From the NCBI GenBank assembly GCA_964554385.1, contig CAZKOM010000001.1:1-59177 (forward strand): a stretch of 59,177 bases of DNA, read 5' to 3'. A program made the translations under genes and the position numbers. This DNA is from an uncultured Flavobacteriaceae bacterium. GTDB taxonomy: Bacteria > Bacteroidota > Bacteroidia > NS11-12g > UBA955. The first letter of the stretch is position 1. Each line of letters opens with the position of its first letter. Positions 27,586-38,029 of this stretch are shown in pieces. Below the pieces are notes generated by a model. The model was not told the DNA's origin, did no database searches, and saw only the letters and a program-made list of their open reading frames with translations.

Positions 27586-28671
27586 TCAACCAATTCGAAT
27601 GTGATTGTGCTCACCCTGCAATTGTCCTAAGTGCTTTTCAACGCGTTCAGGATGAGTGTCTGTGATCAAAATTTGTCCAAATCCTTCGCTTTCCACAAGT
27701 TCCATTAATTTTTGCGCTCTGTTTTCATCAATTTTTTCAAAAATATCATCCAACAATAGTATAGGTGTTTTGCCTAGTTTTTCTTGGAAATAACGGTATT
27801 GAGCAATTTTTAAAGCGATAACAAACGATTTAATTTGACCTTGGGATCCAAATTTTCTCATTGGATTACCGCCGAGTTCAAATACCCAATCGTCCTTGTG
27901 GGGTCCTACCGTAGTGCGTTCAGCAAGTACATCATTTCTTCGATTTATTTGAAGTAATGCCTGCATGTTGTTTTCCTCTAATGGCGATTGATATATAACA
28001 TCTACAAACTCGTTTGAAGATGCTAAGGATGCATATATCCGCTTGAAAATCGGGATTAATTCGGCAGTGGTTTTTTGGCGAATTGCATGGATGATGGTAG
28101 CTGATGGAACTATTTTTTGATCAAAACTATCCAGTAAATCCTCGTCGATGTGCCTGCCGCTCCAAGCTTTTAATAAGCTATTTCGTTGTTCCACAGCTTT
28201 TCGGTAAATCATCAGATGATGTAAGTATTCACTGTTGAGTTGACTAATTAAAATATCCATAAATCTTCTGCGTTCCTCGCTGTTGCCAAGAACTAAATCA
28301 ATGTCGTAAGGAGTTATTAAAACGGTCTGAATAAACCCAATATGATCACTAAGTCTTGGATAGTTTTTCCCGTTTTTTTTGATTGATTTTTTCCCCTTAT
28401 CAAATTGCAACAGAATTTCTACTGTATCTTGATTTTCCTCATTTGCACCGAAATTGGCTTTTATTGTAAAGAAATCTTGATCGTGTTTAATAAGTTGACT
28501 ATCGATGGAAGTGAAATAGCTTTTTCCACTCGCTAAACAATGAACAGCATCCAAGCAATTTGTTTTTCCAGCACCATTGTTCCCAGTAAGAATATTAACA
28601 CCTGGAACCAAGTTTAACTGTAGGGATTCATGATTTTTGAAGTTAAACAGTTGTAGTTTTTGGACAAACAT
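27586..28671 (-). CDS. recF: DNA replication and repair protein RecF
   Basis: The start was moved to the ATG at 28671 (MFVQKLQLFNFKNH). Walker A GNNGAGKTN, signature-like GSQGQIKSF, Walker B ILLLDDIF. Confidence 0.93.
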   Translation of the reverse strand: MFVQKLQLFNFKNHESLQLNLVPGVNILTGNNGAGKTNCLDAVHCLASGKSYFTSIDSQLIKHDQDFFTIKANFGANEENQDTVEILLQFDKGKKSIKKNGKNYPRLSDHIGFIQTVLITPYDIDLVLGNSEERRRFMDILISQLNSEYLHHLMIYRKAVEQRNSLLKAWSGRHIDEDLLDSFDQKIVPSATIIHAIRQKTTAELIPIFKRIYASLASSNEFVDVIYQSPLEENNMQALLQINRRNDVLAERTTVGPHKDDWVFELGGNPMRKFGSQGQIKSFVIALKIAQYRYFQEKLGKTPILLLDDIFEKIDENRAQKLMELVESEGFGQILITDTHPERVEKHLGQLQGEHNHIRIG

Positions 28672-28702
28672 GGGATGAGTTGTATGGAACAATTACTGCA
28701 TT

Positions 28703-28710
28703 CAAAAATA
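28703..28710 (-). promoter_or_regulatory. -7 box TATTTTTG, 31 nt upstream of the recF ATG
   Basis: The minus strand reads ggattaaccTATTTTTGaatgcag...ATG. Confidence 0.45.
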
Positions 28711-28887
28711 GGTTAATCCAACACTTGTAATACCCACAACTTTTGCTATTTTTTTGAATTAGAGTAAACCAAAGAGGTACTTATATTTTAAAATTTGAAA
28801 ATAATGAATGGTGGATGGAATGTTGGGAGAAATAAACATGTTTTAGCACTGATTTTTATTTTCTATTTGTATTTTCGATAGTTCGCT

Positions 28888-31800
28888 ATGCCAGTTTTTT
28901 CCCATTTACACGTACATACCCAATATTCCTTGTTAGACGGTGCCGCCAGCATTAAAAGTCTTGTAAAAAAAGCAAAGGCCGATGGGATGCCGGCATTAGC
29001 AATAACCGATCACGGCAACATGTTTGGTGCGTTTGAATTTTACCAAGCCACTACAGCCGAAGGTTTAGTACCGGTAATTGGTTGTGAATTTTATGTAGTA
29101 GAAGATCGGTTTCAAAAGACGTTTACCCAAGGTACCAAAGACAAACGATACCATCAATTATTATTGGCTAAAAATCAAAAGGGCTATGCCAATCTCGCAA
29201 AATTGTGTTCCTTAGGATATCTTGAAGGGCTGTATTCCAAATACCCAAGAGTGGATAGAGCTTTGATAGAACAATATTCAGAGGGGCTAATAGCCACAAC
29301 CTGCTGTATTGGAGCGCAAGTTCCTCAGGCAATTTTATGGAAAGGAGAGGAAGAAGCCGAAAAAGTATTCTGCGAATGGCATAAAATTTTTGGAGATGAT
29401 TATTACATTGAGCTGCAGAGACACCATTTAAAAAATTTGGATGGCACTGGAATAGATCAAGAAGACATTAACCAAATACTGATTAAATGGGGTAGAAAAT
29501 ACAACGTGCCTATTATCGCAACCAATGATTCTCATTACACGGATCAAAAAGATGCGAATGCCCACGATATTTTATTGTGTATTAACACCGGTGAGTTTCA
29601 ATCAACGCCAAAAGCAACCAACGAAGAGGGCGGAAGGGGTTTTCGATTTGCTTTCCCGAACGACGAATTCTACTTTAAATCTCAGGCCGAAATGCTTGAA
29701 TTATTTAAAGATATTCCGGAAGCCTTAGATAATACCAATAAGTTAATTGCTTCCATCGATCCTCCCAAATTATCTCGAGACATCGTTCTTCCCAACTATG
29801 CGTTACCGCAAGGATTTGAATCGCAAAACGACTTTCTGAAACACCTAGCCTACGAAGGATGTAAAAAGAAATACGGAGGTACTATTCCTGTGCATGTTCA
29901 AGAACGATTGGATTTTGAATTGGGCACCATCACCCACAGCGGTTATGCAGGCTATTTCTTAATTGTTCAAGATTTTACCACCGCAGCTCGAGAAATGAAT
30001 GTCTGGGTTGGACCTGGTAGAGGTTCTGCTGCAGGGAGTTTAGTTGCTTATTGCTTGGGAATCACCAACGTAGATCCCGTTAAATACGATTTGCTTTTTG
30101 AGCGATTCTTAAATCCTGAACGGGTAAGTATGCCGGACGTTGATATCGATTTTGATGATGAAGGTCGTGAAAAAGTAATTCAATACGTTGCTGAGAAATA
30201 CGGTAAGCGACGAATTGCCCAAATTATTACCTATGGAACCATGGCAGCTAAAAGTGCTATTCGAGATGTAGGAAGGGTATTGCAGTATCCACTTTCACAA
30301 ACAGAGCGACTCAGCAAATTAGTTCCTGGTAACATGAGTTTGGCCAAATTACTTCATGCAAATGTTGATGAATTGTCCAAGGATGATTCCAATAACTTAA
30401 AACCAGAGGAACTAGACCAAATTCGAGAAATACAAAGCATTTACACAGGCGGTGACGAAGCATCTAAAGTGTTACAAGATGCTGAAAAACTGGAAGGAAG
30501 CGTAAGAAATACCGGGGTACATGCTTGTGGAATTATTATCGCTCCCCAAGATATCGATGAACTGGTTCCTGTTTCTTTAAGTAAGGATTCCCCTTGGATG
30601 CAGGTTCAATATGATGTTAACCAAATTGAGAAAGCAGGTCTTCTAAAGATGGACTTTTTGGGGTTAAGTACCCTAACAATAATGAAGGATGCAATTCGGA
30701 TTATCAAGGAAACTACCGGTACCGAAATTGTATTAGACGATATTCCCTTAGACGATGAAAAGACCTACGAACTCTTTCAACGAGGGGAAACCAACGGCGT
30801 TTTTCAGTTTGAATCGCCGGGCATGCAAAAATATATGCGTGAATTGAAACCCACACAGTTTGGAGATTTAATCGCCATGAATGCTCTGTATCGACCCGGA
30901 CCTTTAAAGTACATTCCAGATTTCATCGATCGAAAACATGGCAGAAAGCCGGTGGAATACGATTTACCGGAAATGGAAGAGTATCTGAAAGAAACTTATG
31001 GGATTACGGTTTATCAAGAGCAGGTAATGTTGCTTTCTCAAAAATTAGCAGGCTTTTCAAAAGGTAAAGCGGACGAATTGAGAAAAGCCATGGGTAAAAA
31101 GAATAAAAGCATCATCGATAAACTGAAAACAGATTTTATGGCTGGTGCCTTAGCCAAAGGGTATTCAGAAAAAACATTAGAGAAAATTTACTCCGATTGG
31201 GAAGAATTTGCTCAATATGCGTTCAATAAATCGCATTCTACGTGTTATGCAGTAATTGCTTTCCAAACTGCTTATCTAAAAGCCAATTATCCTGCGCAGT
31301 TTATGTCGGCTGTTTTAAAAAGTAACATGGGTGATATTAAAAAAATTACCTTTTACATGGAAGAATGCAGAAGACAAGGAATAAAAGTATTGGGACCGGA
31401 TTTGAACGAAAGTCGAAGCGCCTTTACGGTAACTTCAGCGGGTCAAATCCGCTTTGGATTATCGGCGGTGAAAGGTGTGGGAGAAGGTGCAGTAGATGAA
31501 ATTTTAAAGGAACGAGATGAAAAAGGCCCATTCAAAAGCATGTGTGAATTACTAACCCGTGTCAATTTACGATCGGTGAATAAGCGCAGTGTGGAATGTA
31601 TGGCAAAAGCAGGGGTGTTCGATTTTGATGGCAGGTATCACCGCGCTCAGTATTTTAAAGAAGATACCAGCGGAAAGAGTGGTATCGAATTGGCCATGAT
31701 GTATGCACAAAAGGTACAGGCCGATAAAATAAGCGGACAAACTTCGTTATTTGGTGGGGGTGCTGATGCTACGATGCCTACCGAGCCTAAATTGCCCTCT

Positions 31801-32526
31801 GTTGAAAGAATGGCATTACTAGATGAACTCAAACAAGAAGAAGAATTGGTAGGCGTATTTTTAAGTAAACATCCTTTAGATGATCAACGTTTTGTATATG
31901 ATAGTTTAACCACCCATACCATTCAAGATTACCAGAAAGCTCTGGATGAAAAGGAAGAAATTGAGTTTAATATAATGGGTATCGTCACATCAGCCAAAGA
32001 GTTCATTTCTCAAAAAGGCACACCGTACGGTAGATTTACTTTGATGGACTATTCAGGAAGTGTGGAAATCGCATTATTTAAAGATACTTATTTGAAATTC
32101 AAAGCTTTATTAAACAAAGATTATATTCTAATTTTAAATGGTCAAACCGATTACATGCGTTCCAAGGATGAAATGCGTGTTACAATTCACAGTATCACAT
32201 TAGGAGCAGATGTAGACGAAAATTCCATTTTTCGGTCGGTGATTGTGGATATGACACCCGCTGATTTGGATCAAGGGAAACAGCAAATATTAGTGGATAT
32301 TCTAGAACAACATCCAGGAAATACACCGCTGTATTTTAATTTTCACGATGGGGATGAAAAGATGGGAGTAAAAATGATAGCTCGCAACGCAATGCATTAT
32401 AATCAAGAAGTGGTGCAAGTGTTGGATGAAATGCAGTTAAAATACACAGCTCGAAAAATCGAGAAATGGATACCAGAGAAAAAAGCAGATGAACGCAGGT
32501 TTTACCATAGCGAGAAACGTAATTAA
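28888..32526 (+). CDS. dnaE: DNA polymerase III alpha subunit
   Basis: PHP domain (HLHVHTQYSLLDGA, ITDHGNMFG), the pol III alpha palm/fingers region (GPGRGSAAGSLVAYCLGIT, PDVDIDF) and a C-terminal OB region. 1212 aa. Confidence 0.97.
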   Translation: MPVFSHLHVHTQYSLLDGAASIKSLVKKAKADGMPALAITDHGNMFGAFEFYQATTAEGLVPVIGCEFYVVEDRFQKTFTQGTKDKRYHQLLLAKNQKGYANLAKLCSLGYLEGLYSKYPRVDRALIEQYSEGLIATTCCIGAQVPQAILWKGEEEAEKVFCEWHKIFGDDYYIELQRHHLKNLDGTGIDQEDINQILIKWGRKYNVPIIATNDSHYTDQKDANAHDILLCINTGEFQSTPKATNEEGGRGFRFAFPNDEFYFKSQAEMLELFKDIPEALDNTNKLIASIDPPKLSRDIVLPNYALPQGFESQNDFLKHLAYEGCKKKYGGTIPVHVQERLDFELGTITHSGYAGYFLIVQDFTTAAREMNVWVGPGRGSAAGSLVAYCLGITNVDPVKYDLLFERFLNPERVSMPDVDIDFDDEGREKVIQYVAEKYGKRRIAQIITYGTMAAKSAIRDVGRVLQYPLSQTERLSKLVPGNMSLAKLLHANVDELSKDDSNNLKPEELDQIREIQSIYTGGDEASKVLQDAEKLEGSVRNTGVHACGIIIAPQDIDELVPVSLSKDSPWMQVQYDVNQIEKAGLLKMDFLGLSTLTIMKDAIRIIKETTGTEIVLDDIPLDDEKTYELFQRGETNGVFQFESPGMQKYMRELKPTQFGDLIAMNALYRPGPLKYIPDFIDRKHGRKPVEYDLPEMEEYLKETYGITVYQEQVMLLSQKLAGFSKGKADELRKAMGKKNKSIIDKLKTDFMAGALAKGYSEKTLEKIYSDWEEFAQYAFNKSHSTCYAVIAFQTAYLKANYPAQFMSAVLKSNMGDIKKITFYMEECRRQGIKVLGPDLNESRSAFTVTSAGQIRFGLSAVKGVGEGAVDEILKERDEKGPFKSMCELLTRVNLRSVNKRSVECMAKAGVFDFDGRYHRAQYFKEDTSGKSGIELAMMYAQKVQADKISGQTSLFGGGADATMPTEPKLPSVERMALLDELKQEEELVGVFLSKHPLDDQRFVYDSLTTHTIQDYQKALDEKEEIEFNIMGIVTSAKEFISQKGTPYGRFTLMDYSGSVEIALFKDTYLKFKALLNKDYILILNGQTDYMRSKDEMRVTIHSITLGADVDENSIFRSVIVDMTPADLDQGKQQILVDILEQHPGNTPLYFNFHDGDEKMGVKMIARNAMHYNQEVVQVLDEMQLKYTARKIEKWIPEKKADERRFYHSEKRN

Positions 32527-33382
32527 GGCGGATTATCCAATCAAAGAGGCAATATTTTCTGTTATGCCTTTGGTGGATGAGTTTGTAGTGGCCGTAGGTC
32601 ATAGTGATGACGGTACACGAGATTATATCGAATCTTTAAATCATGAATTACAGCCTGGATGGCCAGCTATTAAAATAATCGACACTGTTTGGGACGATAA
32701 TTTACGGGAAGGTGGAAGAGTATTGGCCGACGAAACAAATAAAGCTAAAGCGGCAGTTTCACCACAGGCTACGTGGCTAATTTATATTCAAGCCGATGAA
32801 TGCTTACACCATTCCGATTATCCAGCAATTAAAGATGCCATGGATAAGTATAAAAATGAAAGTTCCGTTGAAGGTCTTTTGTTTGATTATCTGCATTTTT
32901 ACGGTAGTTACGATTTTGTAGGGGATTCTCGTAGATGGTACAGGAAAGAAATAAGAATAATAAAAAATAACCCAGGTATAAAATCATGGAAAGATGCCCA
33001 AGGATTTCGATGGGAAAATCATTCGAAATTAAAGGTAGTACCCGTTCAAGCAACAATGTATCACTATGGTTGGGTAAAGCATCCTAAATTTCAGCAGCAG
33101 AAACAACGACAATTTCATAGACTTTGGCACAGCGATGAAGCTTTGCAAAAACGAAAACTTTCCGAGGAAGAATTCGATTATTCACAAATTGATTCATTAG
33201 TAATGTTTCAAGGAACCCATCCTCAAGCAATGCAGTCTAGAATTAATTCAATCAATTGGACATTTAATGTGGACCCAACAAAGAAAAATTTCGGATTAAA
33301 ATCATCAATTTTATATTGGATTGAAAAGAAATTTGGTTGGCGAGTAGGAGAGTATAAAAATTATAAAATTATAAATGCCTGA
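32489..33382 (+). CDS. Glycosyltransferase family 2-like protein
   Basis: N-terminus MNAGFTIARNVIKADYPIKEAIFSVMPLVDEFVVAVGHSDDGT and an acidic motif (IQADE) in a GT-A-like layout. It overlaps the dnaE 3' end by 38 nt. Confidence 0.6.
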   Translation: MNAGFTIARNVIKADYPIKEAIFSVMPLVDEFVVAVGHSDDGTRDYIESLNHELQPGWPAIKIIDTVWDDNLREGGRVLADETNKAKAAVSPQATWLIYIQADECLHHSDYPAIKDAMDKYKNESSVEGLLFDYLHFYGSYDFVGDSRRWYRKEIRIIKNNPGIKSWKDAQGFRWENHSKLKVVPVQATMYHYGWVKHPKFQQQKQRQFHRLWHSDEALQKRKLSEEEFDYSQIDSLVMFQGTHPQAMQSRINSINWTFNVDPTKKNFGLKSSILYWIEKKFGWRVGEYKNYKIINA

Positions 33383-34652
33383 CATGGCAGACAATAATTG
33401 GAATGCTATTGTAATTGGTGGCGGTGCTGCTGGTTTTTTTGCGGCAATAAGAATCAAGGAGTTAAATCCAAAATTATCCGTTGTAATTTTAGAAAAAACG
33501 CAAAAGGTTTTGTCTAAAGTTAGGATTAGTGGCGGTGGACGATGCAATGTAACCCACCATTGTTTGAAGAATAGTGTCTTATTGCAACATTATCCGCGGG
33601 GTAAAAAGTTGCTTAAACAAGCAGTAAATAAATTTAGTGTTGAGCATGTAATTAATTGGTTTTTAAATCATAATGTTCAGCTCAAAGTGGAAGAAGATGG
33701 CAGGATGTTTCCTGTAACCAATGATTCAGAAACAATTGCAGGGCTCTTTGAGAATTTAGCTCGCCAATTTGAAATCCCAGTAGTCAAAGGATGTAATGTA
33801 ACCAAGATTGTACAAAGCAATAGGGCAATGCCGGAGAAATCGGAATTATCGCGATGGACTGTGATTACTGATTCTAACGAATTTACTGCAGATTCCATTG
33901 TACTGGCAACGGGAGGAAATGTCGCATGGTCGCACTATCAATGGATAAGTTCTATGCCAATAGAGATAATTAAACCGTATCCTTCTCTGTTTACGTTCAA
34001 GATTGATGATAGAGATTTACAGTCTTTATCTGGAGTTTCTATTGATGCGGGCGTTGTAAAATTAATTGGGTATGAAAATTCGTTTGAGGGTCCAATTTTA
34101 ATTACACATTGGGGTTTGTCAGGACCAGCAATATTAAAGTCATCCGCTTGGGCAGCGCAATGGATTTTTGAAAAAAATTATCGGTTTGATATTTTAATTT
34201 CTTGGGTCTCACAGGAGGAAAATCAATTTAGACAGTTTTTTTACGATTTATTAAATACGAATTCTAAAAAGAAAATTGCCAATTTACCTATTGATATTCC
34301 GCAACGACTTTGGGATTTTATTTTGTTTAAAGCTGGCCAGAATTCAGAACAACTAATTTTTGAATTATCGAAAAATCAAAAAAATAAATTAGTAGAATTA
34401 TTGGTAAAAATGCCTTTTACCGTGACAGGTAAGACTACATTTAAAGAAGAATTTGTAACAGCTGGGGGAATTAATGAAAATTCAATTTACCATAATACAT
34501 TAGAATTGAAAAATTGTCCGAGAATTTTTGCCTGCGGAGAACTGCTAAACGTAGATGGCGTAACCGGGGGATTTAATTTTCAAGCGGCTTGGAGTACCGC
34601 GAACTTAGTCGCAAATTCTATTGTTTATTCTCCATTTTCTGAGAATTTGTAA
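33375..34652 (+). CDS. NAD(P)/FAD-dependent oxidoreductase, HI0933/BaiN-like flavoprotein
   Basis: Dinucleotide motif VIGGGAAGFFAA, family motif RISGGGRCNVTH, and C-terminal GELLNVDGVTGGFNFQ. Confidence 0.85.
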   Translation: MPDMADNNWNAIVIGGGAAGFFAAIRIKELNPKLSVVILEKTQKVLSKVRISGGGRCNVTHHCLKNSVLLQHYPRGKKLLKQAVNKFSVEHVINWFLNHNVQLKVEEDGRMFPVTNDSETIAGLFENLARQFEIPVVKGCNVTKIVQSNRAMPEKSELSRWTVITDSNEFTADSIVLATGGNVAWSHYQWISSMPIEIIKPYPSLFTFKIDDRDLQSLSGVSIDAGVVKLIGYENSFEGPILITHWGLSGPAILKSSAWAAQWIFEKNYRFDILISWVSQEENQFRQFFYDLLNTNSKKKIANLPIDIPQRLWDFILFKAGQNSEQLIFELSKNQKNKLVELLVKMPFTVTGKTTFKEEFVTAGGINENSIYHNTLELKNCPRIFACGELLNVDGVTGGFNFQAAWSTANLVANSIVYSPFSENL

Positions 34653-35329
34653 CCTAAGCCGCGATGGCTCAAAAAGTATCGTGGATTTTTAATATCAACT
34701 TCAAAATATTTCCTAAATGCAAGTATAAAATTATCAATGGTTCTAGTGCTAGGAAAAACAGTATACCCCCAAACTGTTTTTAATATTTCCTCTCTGCTAA
34801 CAACGAAGTTCTTTTTTTCGATTAGTAAACGAAGTAATTGGGCTTCCTTTTTGGTTAATTTAAAGTCTCCATTTATTCCTCGTGCTTCATAACTATTGAA
34901 ATTAACATAGTTGCCCCCAAATTCATACTCCATATAATTTATTACTGGGTCTTCTCTATGAGCACGCATTAAAATCTTTTCTACTCTCAACACCAATTCT
35001 TCAATCTCAAAAGGTTTGCTCATGTAATCGTCAGCACCGGATCTAAGACCTTTAATTCTATCTTGGGGTGTACTTCCAGCAGATAATATTAAAATGGGCA
35101 CATTGTTGCTAGACAACCGTATATGATGCGTTGCAGTTAATCCATCCATTGATGGCATCATTATATCCATAATGATTAAGTCAAAGCTCTCTGTTTTGAG
35201 AAGATTTATCGCTACGGCACCATGTGGTGCAATTGTAACACGATAACCATCTAACTCTAAATTGAGTTTTAAAAGTTCGGCAAGGTCGGCTTCGTCTTCA
35301 ACAATTAAAATTCGGTAGTTTTTCTTCAT
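34625..35329 (-). CDS. OmpR-family response regulator
   Basis: Receiver domain (ILIVEDE, LIIMDIMMPSMDG, SKPF) and winged-helix output domain (LTKKEAQLLRLL...RGLGYKF). ATGA overlap with the upstream kinase. Confidence 0.92.
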   Translation of the reverse strand: MKKNYRILIVEDEADLAELLKLNLELDGYRVTIAPHGAVAINLLKTESFDLIIMDIMMPSMDGLTATHHIRLSSNNVPILILSAGSTPQDRIKGLRSGADDYMSKPFEIEELVLRVEKILMRAHREDPVINYMEYEFGGNYVNFNSYEARGINGDFKLTKKEAQLLRLLIEKKNFVVSREEILKTVWGYTVFPSTRTIDNFILAFRKYFEVDIKNPRYFLSHRGLGYKFSENGE

Positions 35330-36513
35330 TCAATAATTACATCATTTGACTTGAAAATCAGCGAAACGCAAGTTCCCGAAGGAAAGTTGTCTTCAATGGA
35401 AACTCTGGCGTCGTGAAGCTTGGCGATTTCTTTAACCAAATACAAACCGAGCCCTGAACCCTTTGTAGATCTAGTTTTTTCATCACCAATTCGATAGAAT
35501 TTAGTAAACACATTGGTGCGCTCAGTTTCAGGGATGCCAATTCCTTGGTCCATTACTGAAATTTTTGTAAGCAAACCCTCGCGTTGTACCTTCACGGAAA
35601 TATTAACGCTGTTTTCTTCACTATATTTTATTGAATTTGAAATTAAATTAGCAATTGCGATTTGAATCATTTCCATATCACAATAAAGTGATATTTTTTC
35701 ATAATCGAATGATAGATTTTTTAAATTTTCGGGATAGGTTTCGCCAAAATCCAATGCAATATTTTCAAAAATTTTACCTAAATTATTCCAATCTCTACTG
35801 GGTTTTACAAAACTACTTTCCAATTTAGTGGCTAAAACTACCTGTTCAATTAACTGCCCAAGGCGTTTCATGTTCCTTGAGGCTATGGCCAATATATGTG
35901 TAGTTTTGGGATCGTTTTCGTTGATTTTACTAGCAGTTTGAATGGCTAATGATGATGAGGCAATTGGTGTTTTAAGTTCATGGGTGATGGCAAGGAGGAA
36001 ATTGCGCTGTTGTTGGTTGAATTTCAATATCTTATCTAAATAAATATAGAGAATAAATATGATAATCAACGTGATAATTGCGATACTGATTCCTTCCCCT
36101 AACCATGCAAATTGTTTACTTTGTTTTCTAGTTCGAAGTTGAGTTTCTATTTTTTTATTAATTATTATATTTATTTTAGTCCAATTATTTTCTGGTTTAA
36201 TTTCGAAATTAATATATATATTTTTATTTAATTTATCGGCAATTTCTGATAGTTTTTTAGCGTCGGCAACAAAAGTTCTGTCATTCCAATGGATGTGTAT
36301 TGGATTAGAAATTTTGGAAATAGAATTATCGTAGTTTAAAGTACTATCCAGCCATAATTGGCTTATCCTAAATTCTTGTTGTGCAAATTGAAGTTCTCTT
36401 TTTTCAAAGTGATTGTTGTACTGCAATAGAGAATATGTCCACCAAGCTAAAGCAAGCATCATATAAATTGCCGTAAATACGAGCATAAAGCGGAGGAAAT
36501 AGCGCTGTCTCAC
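35326..36513 (-). CDS. Sensor histidine kinase (HisKA + HATPase_c)
   Basis: Two TM segments flank a ~110-aa outside loop. H-box ITHELKTPI, N-box NLISNSIKYS, G-boxes DQGIGI and GSGLGL. The start is ambiguous between GTG 36513 and ATG 36486. Confidence 0.88.
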   Translation of the reverse strand: MRQRYFLRFMLVFTAIYMMLALAWWTYSLLQYNNHFEKRELQFAQQEFRISQLWLDSTLNYDNSISKISNPIHIHWNDRTFVADAKKLSEIADKLNKNIYINFEIKPENNWTKINIIINKKIETQLRTRKQSKQFAWLGEGISIAIITLIIIFILYIYLDKILKFNQQQRNFLLAITHELKTPIASSSLAIQTASKINENDPKTTHILAIASRNMKRLGQLIEQVVLATKLESSFVKPSRDWNNLGKIFENIALDFGETYPENLKNLSFDYEKISLYCDMEMIQIAIANLISNSIKYSEENSVNISVKVQREGLLTKISVMDQGIGIPETERTNVFTKFYRIGDEKTRSTKGSGLGLYLVKEIAKLHDARVSIEDNFPSGTCVSLIFKSNDVIIE

Positions 36514-36518
36514 ATATT

Positions 36519-36526
36519 CAAATATA
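36519..36526 (-). promoter_or_regulatory. -7 box TATATTTG, 5 nt upstream of GTG 36513 (32 nt upstream of ATG 36486)
   Basis: The minus strand reads catcTATATTTGaatatGTG. Confidence 0.4.
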
Positions 36527-36559
36527 GATGTTGATTGGTTTTAAATACATGAAAATTGA

Positions 36560-37984
36560 ATGGAAGGAGATAAATTGCAAAACAATTACAAAATGATTTT
36601 GATGACTGAAAAAATCGATGAACTGATAAAATCATTTCCAGATTTAACGTGGATTTCCCACTCCGATGATTTATACAAGTACGCTTCCGATTATACAGAG
36701 GATTTTGTATTTCCTCCGCATGCTGTTTTGATTCCTAGTTCAGCAGAGGAAATTTCACTGGTAATCAAATATTGTAATGAAAAGAAAATATATGTTACTG
36801 TTCGTGGTGCCGGAACAGGTTTATCGGGTGCAGCATTGCCGGTTTATGGAGGTTTGGTAATTTCAACTGAAAAACTCAATAGAATTCTTTCCATCGATTA
36901 TAATAACATGATGGCCACGGTAGAACCAGGTGTGATCAATGCCGATCTAAAACTAGCAGTAAGTGAAGTTGGATTGTATTACCCACCAGACCCTGCCAGC
37001 ATGGGGTCTTCTACGATCGGAGGGAATGTTGCCCATTCTGCCGGCGGTCCCAAAGCGGTGAAATATGGAATTACAAGAGATTATATTCTAAACTTAGAAG
37101 TAGTTTTAGCCAATGGAGATATAATTTGGACGGGTGCCAACACGCTTAAAAATTCTACGGGATTTAATTTTACACAATTATTTATCGGCAGTGAAGGCCT
37201 ATTAGGTGTTATAACAAAGATTGTGGTAAAGCTAGTACCGCTGCCTACTCAAGAATTGTTGATGATAGCGGCATTTTCAAATATTTTCGATAGCGCTGTA
37301 GCAGTAAATAAAATAATGGCATCATCAATAAAGCCTGCAGCTATCGAATTGATGGAAGCATCAGGTATTAGGATTTCGATGGAGGCTACAAAAACAAGTT
37401 TCCCTTTAGTTGAAGGAGCTCAAGCCTACCTCTTATTCGCATTTGATGGATTTGATGGGGATGATTTATTCTCTCAGGTGGAATCAATTTATCCATTGTT
37501 AGATGAAACAGGAGCAATAGAAATTTTACCAGCACCAAATTCGGATGTAGCTCAACAGTGGTGGAAAGTGAGAAGATCTATCGGAGAAACAGTGAAACAG
37601 CATTCTGTATATAAAGAAGAAGATACTGTAGTGCCTCGCTTCGCCTTGCCGCAATTACTTACTAAAGTTAAAGAAATTAGCAATTTATATGGCTTCGAAA
37701 CCGTATGTTATGGCCATGCTGGAGATGGTAATTTGCATGTAAATATTCTTAAAAATGATTTATCCGATGAATTTTGGAACATTGAAATTCCGAAAGCAAT
37801 TCGTCAGATTTTTCAAGTTTGTAAGTCTTTAGGTGGAACAATAAGTGGAGAACATGGTATTGGATATAGTCAAAAAGATTATCTCAATGAGGTATTGTCC
37901 AATCAGCATATCAGCTTGATGAAGGGAGTTAAAAAGGTTTTTGACCCCAATGGAATACTAAATCCAGGAAAATGGGTTGAATAA
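36560..37984 (+). CDS. FAD-linked oxidase (GlcD / D-lactate dehydrogenase family)
   Basis: FAD_binding_4 motif VTVRGAGTGLSGAALP and C-terminal FAD-oxidase domain (GTISGEHGIG...DPNGILNPGK). The start could also be ATG 36593 or 36602. Confidence 0.85.
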   Translation: MEGDKLQNNYKMILMTEKIDELIKSFPDLTWISHSDDLYKYASDYTEDFVFPPHAVLIPSSAEEISLVIKYCNEKKIYVTVRGAGTGLSGAALPVYGGLVISTEKLNRILSIDYNNMMATVEPGVINADLKLAVSEVGLYYPPDPASMGSSTIGGNVAHSAGGPKAVKYGITRDYILNLEVVLANGDIIWTGANTLKNSTGFNFTQLFIGSEGLLGVITKIVVKLVPLPTQELLMIAAFSNIFDSAVAVNKIMASSIKPAAIELMEASGIRISMEATKTSFPLVEGAQAYLLFAFDGFDGDDLFSQVESIYPLLDETGAIEILPAPNSDVAQQWWKVRRSIGETVKQHSVYKEEDTVVPRFALPQLLTKVKEISNLYGFETVCYGHAGDGNLHVNILKNDLSDEFWNIEIPKAIRQIFQVCKSLGGTISGEHGIGYSQKDYLNEVLSNQHISLMKGVKKVFDPNGILNPGKWVE

Positions 37985-38029
37985 ACTCAATTCCTTAGAG
38001 TTTACATTTACAATTGAAATTATCGCTTG

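Noticed and set aside
28804-28881. 25-codon ORF (MNGGWNVGRNKHVLALIFIFYLYFR) immediately upstream of dnaE, considered as a leader peptide
   Set aside because: There is no attenuator-like alternative hairpin and no regulatory codon run. It is most likely a chance ORF in the divergent recF/dnaE promoter region.
28672-28887. Possible replication origin, because recF, dnaE and dnaX all lie in the window
   Set aside because: I found no cluster of TTATCCACA-like DnaA boxes and no dnaA or dnaN gene. The AT-rich gap is adequately explained by two divergent promoters.
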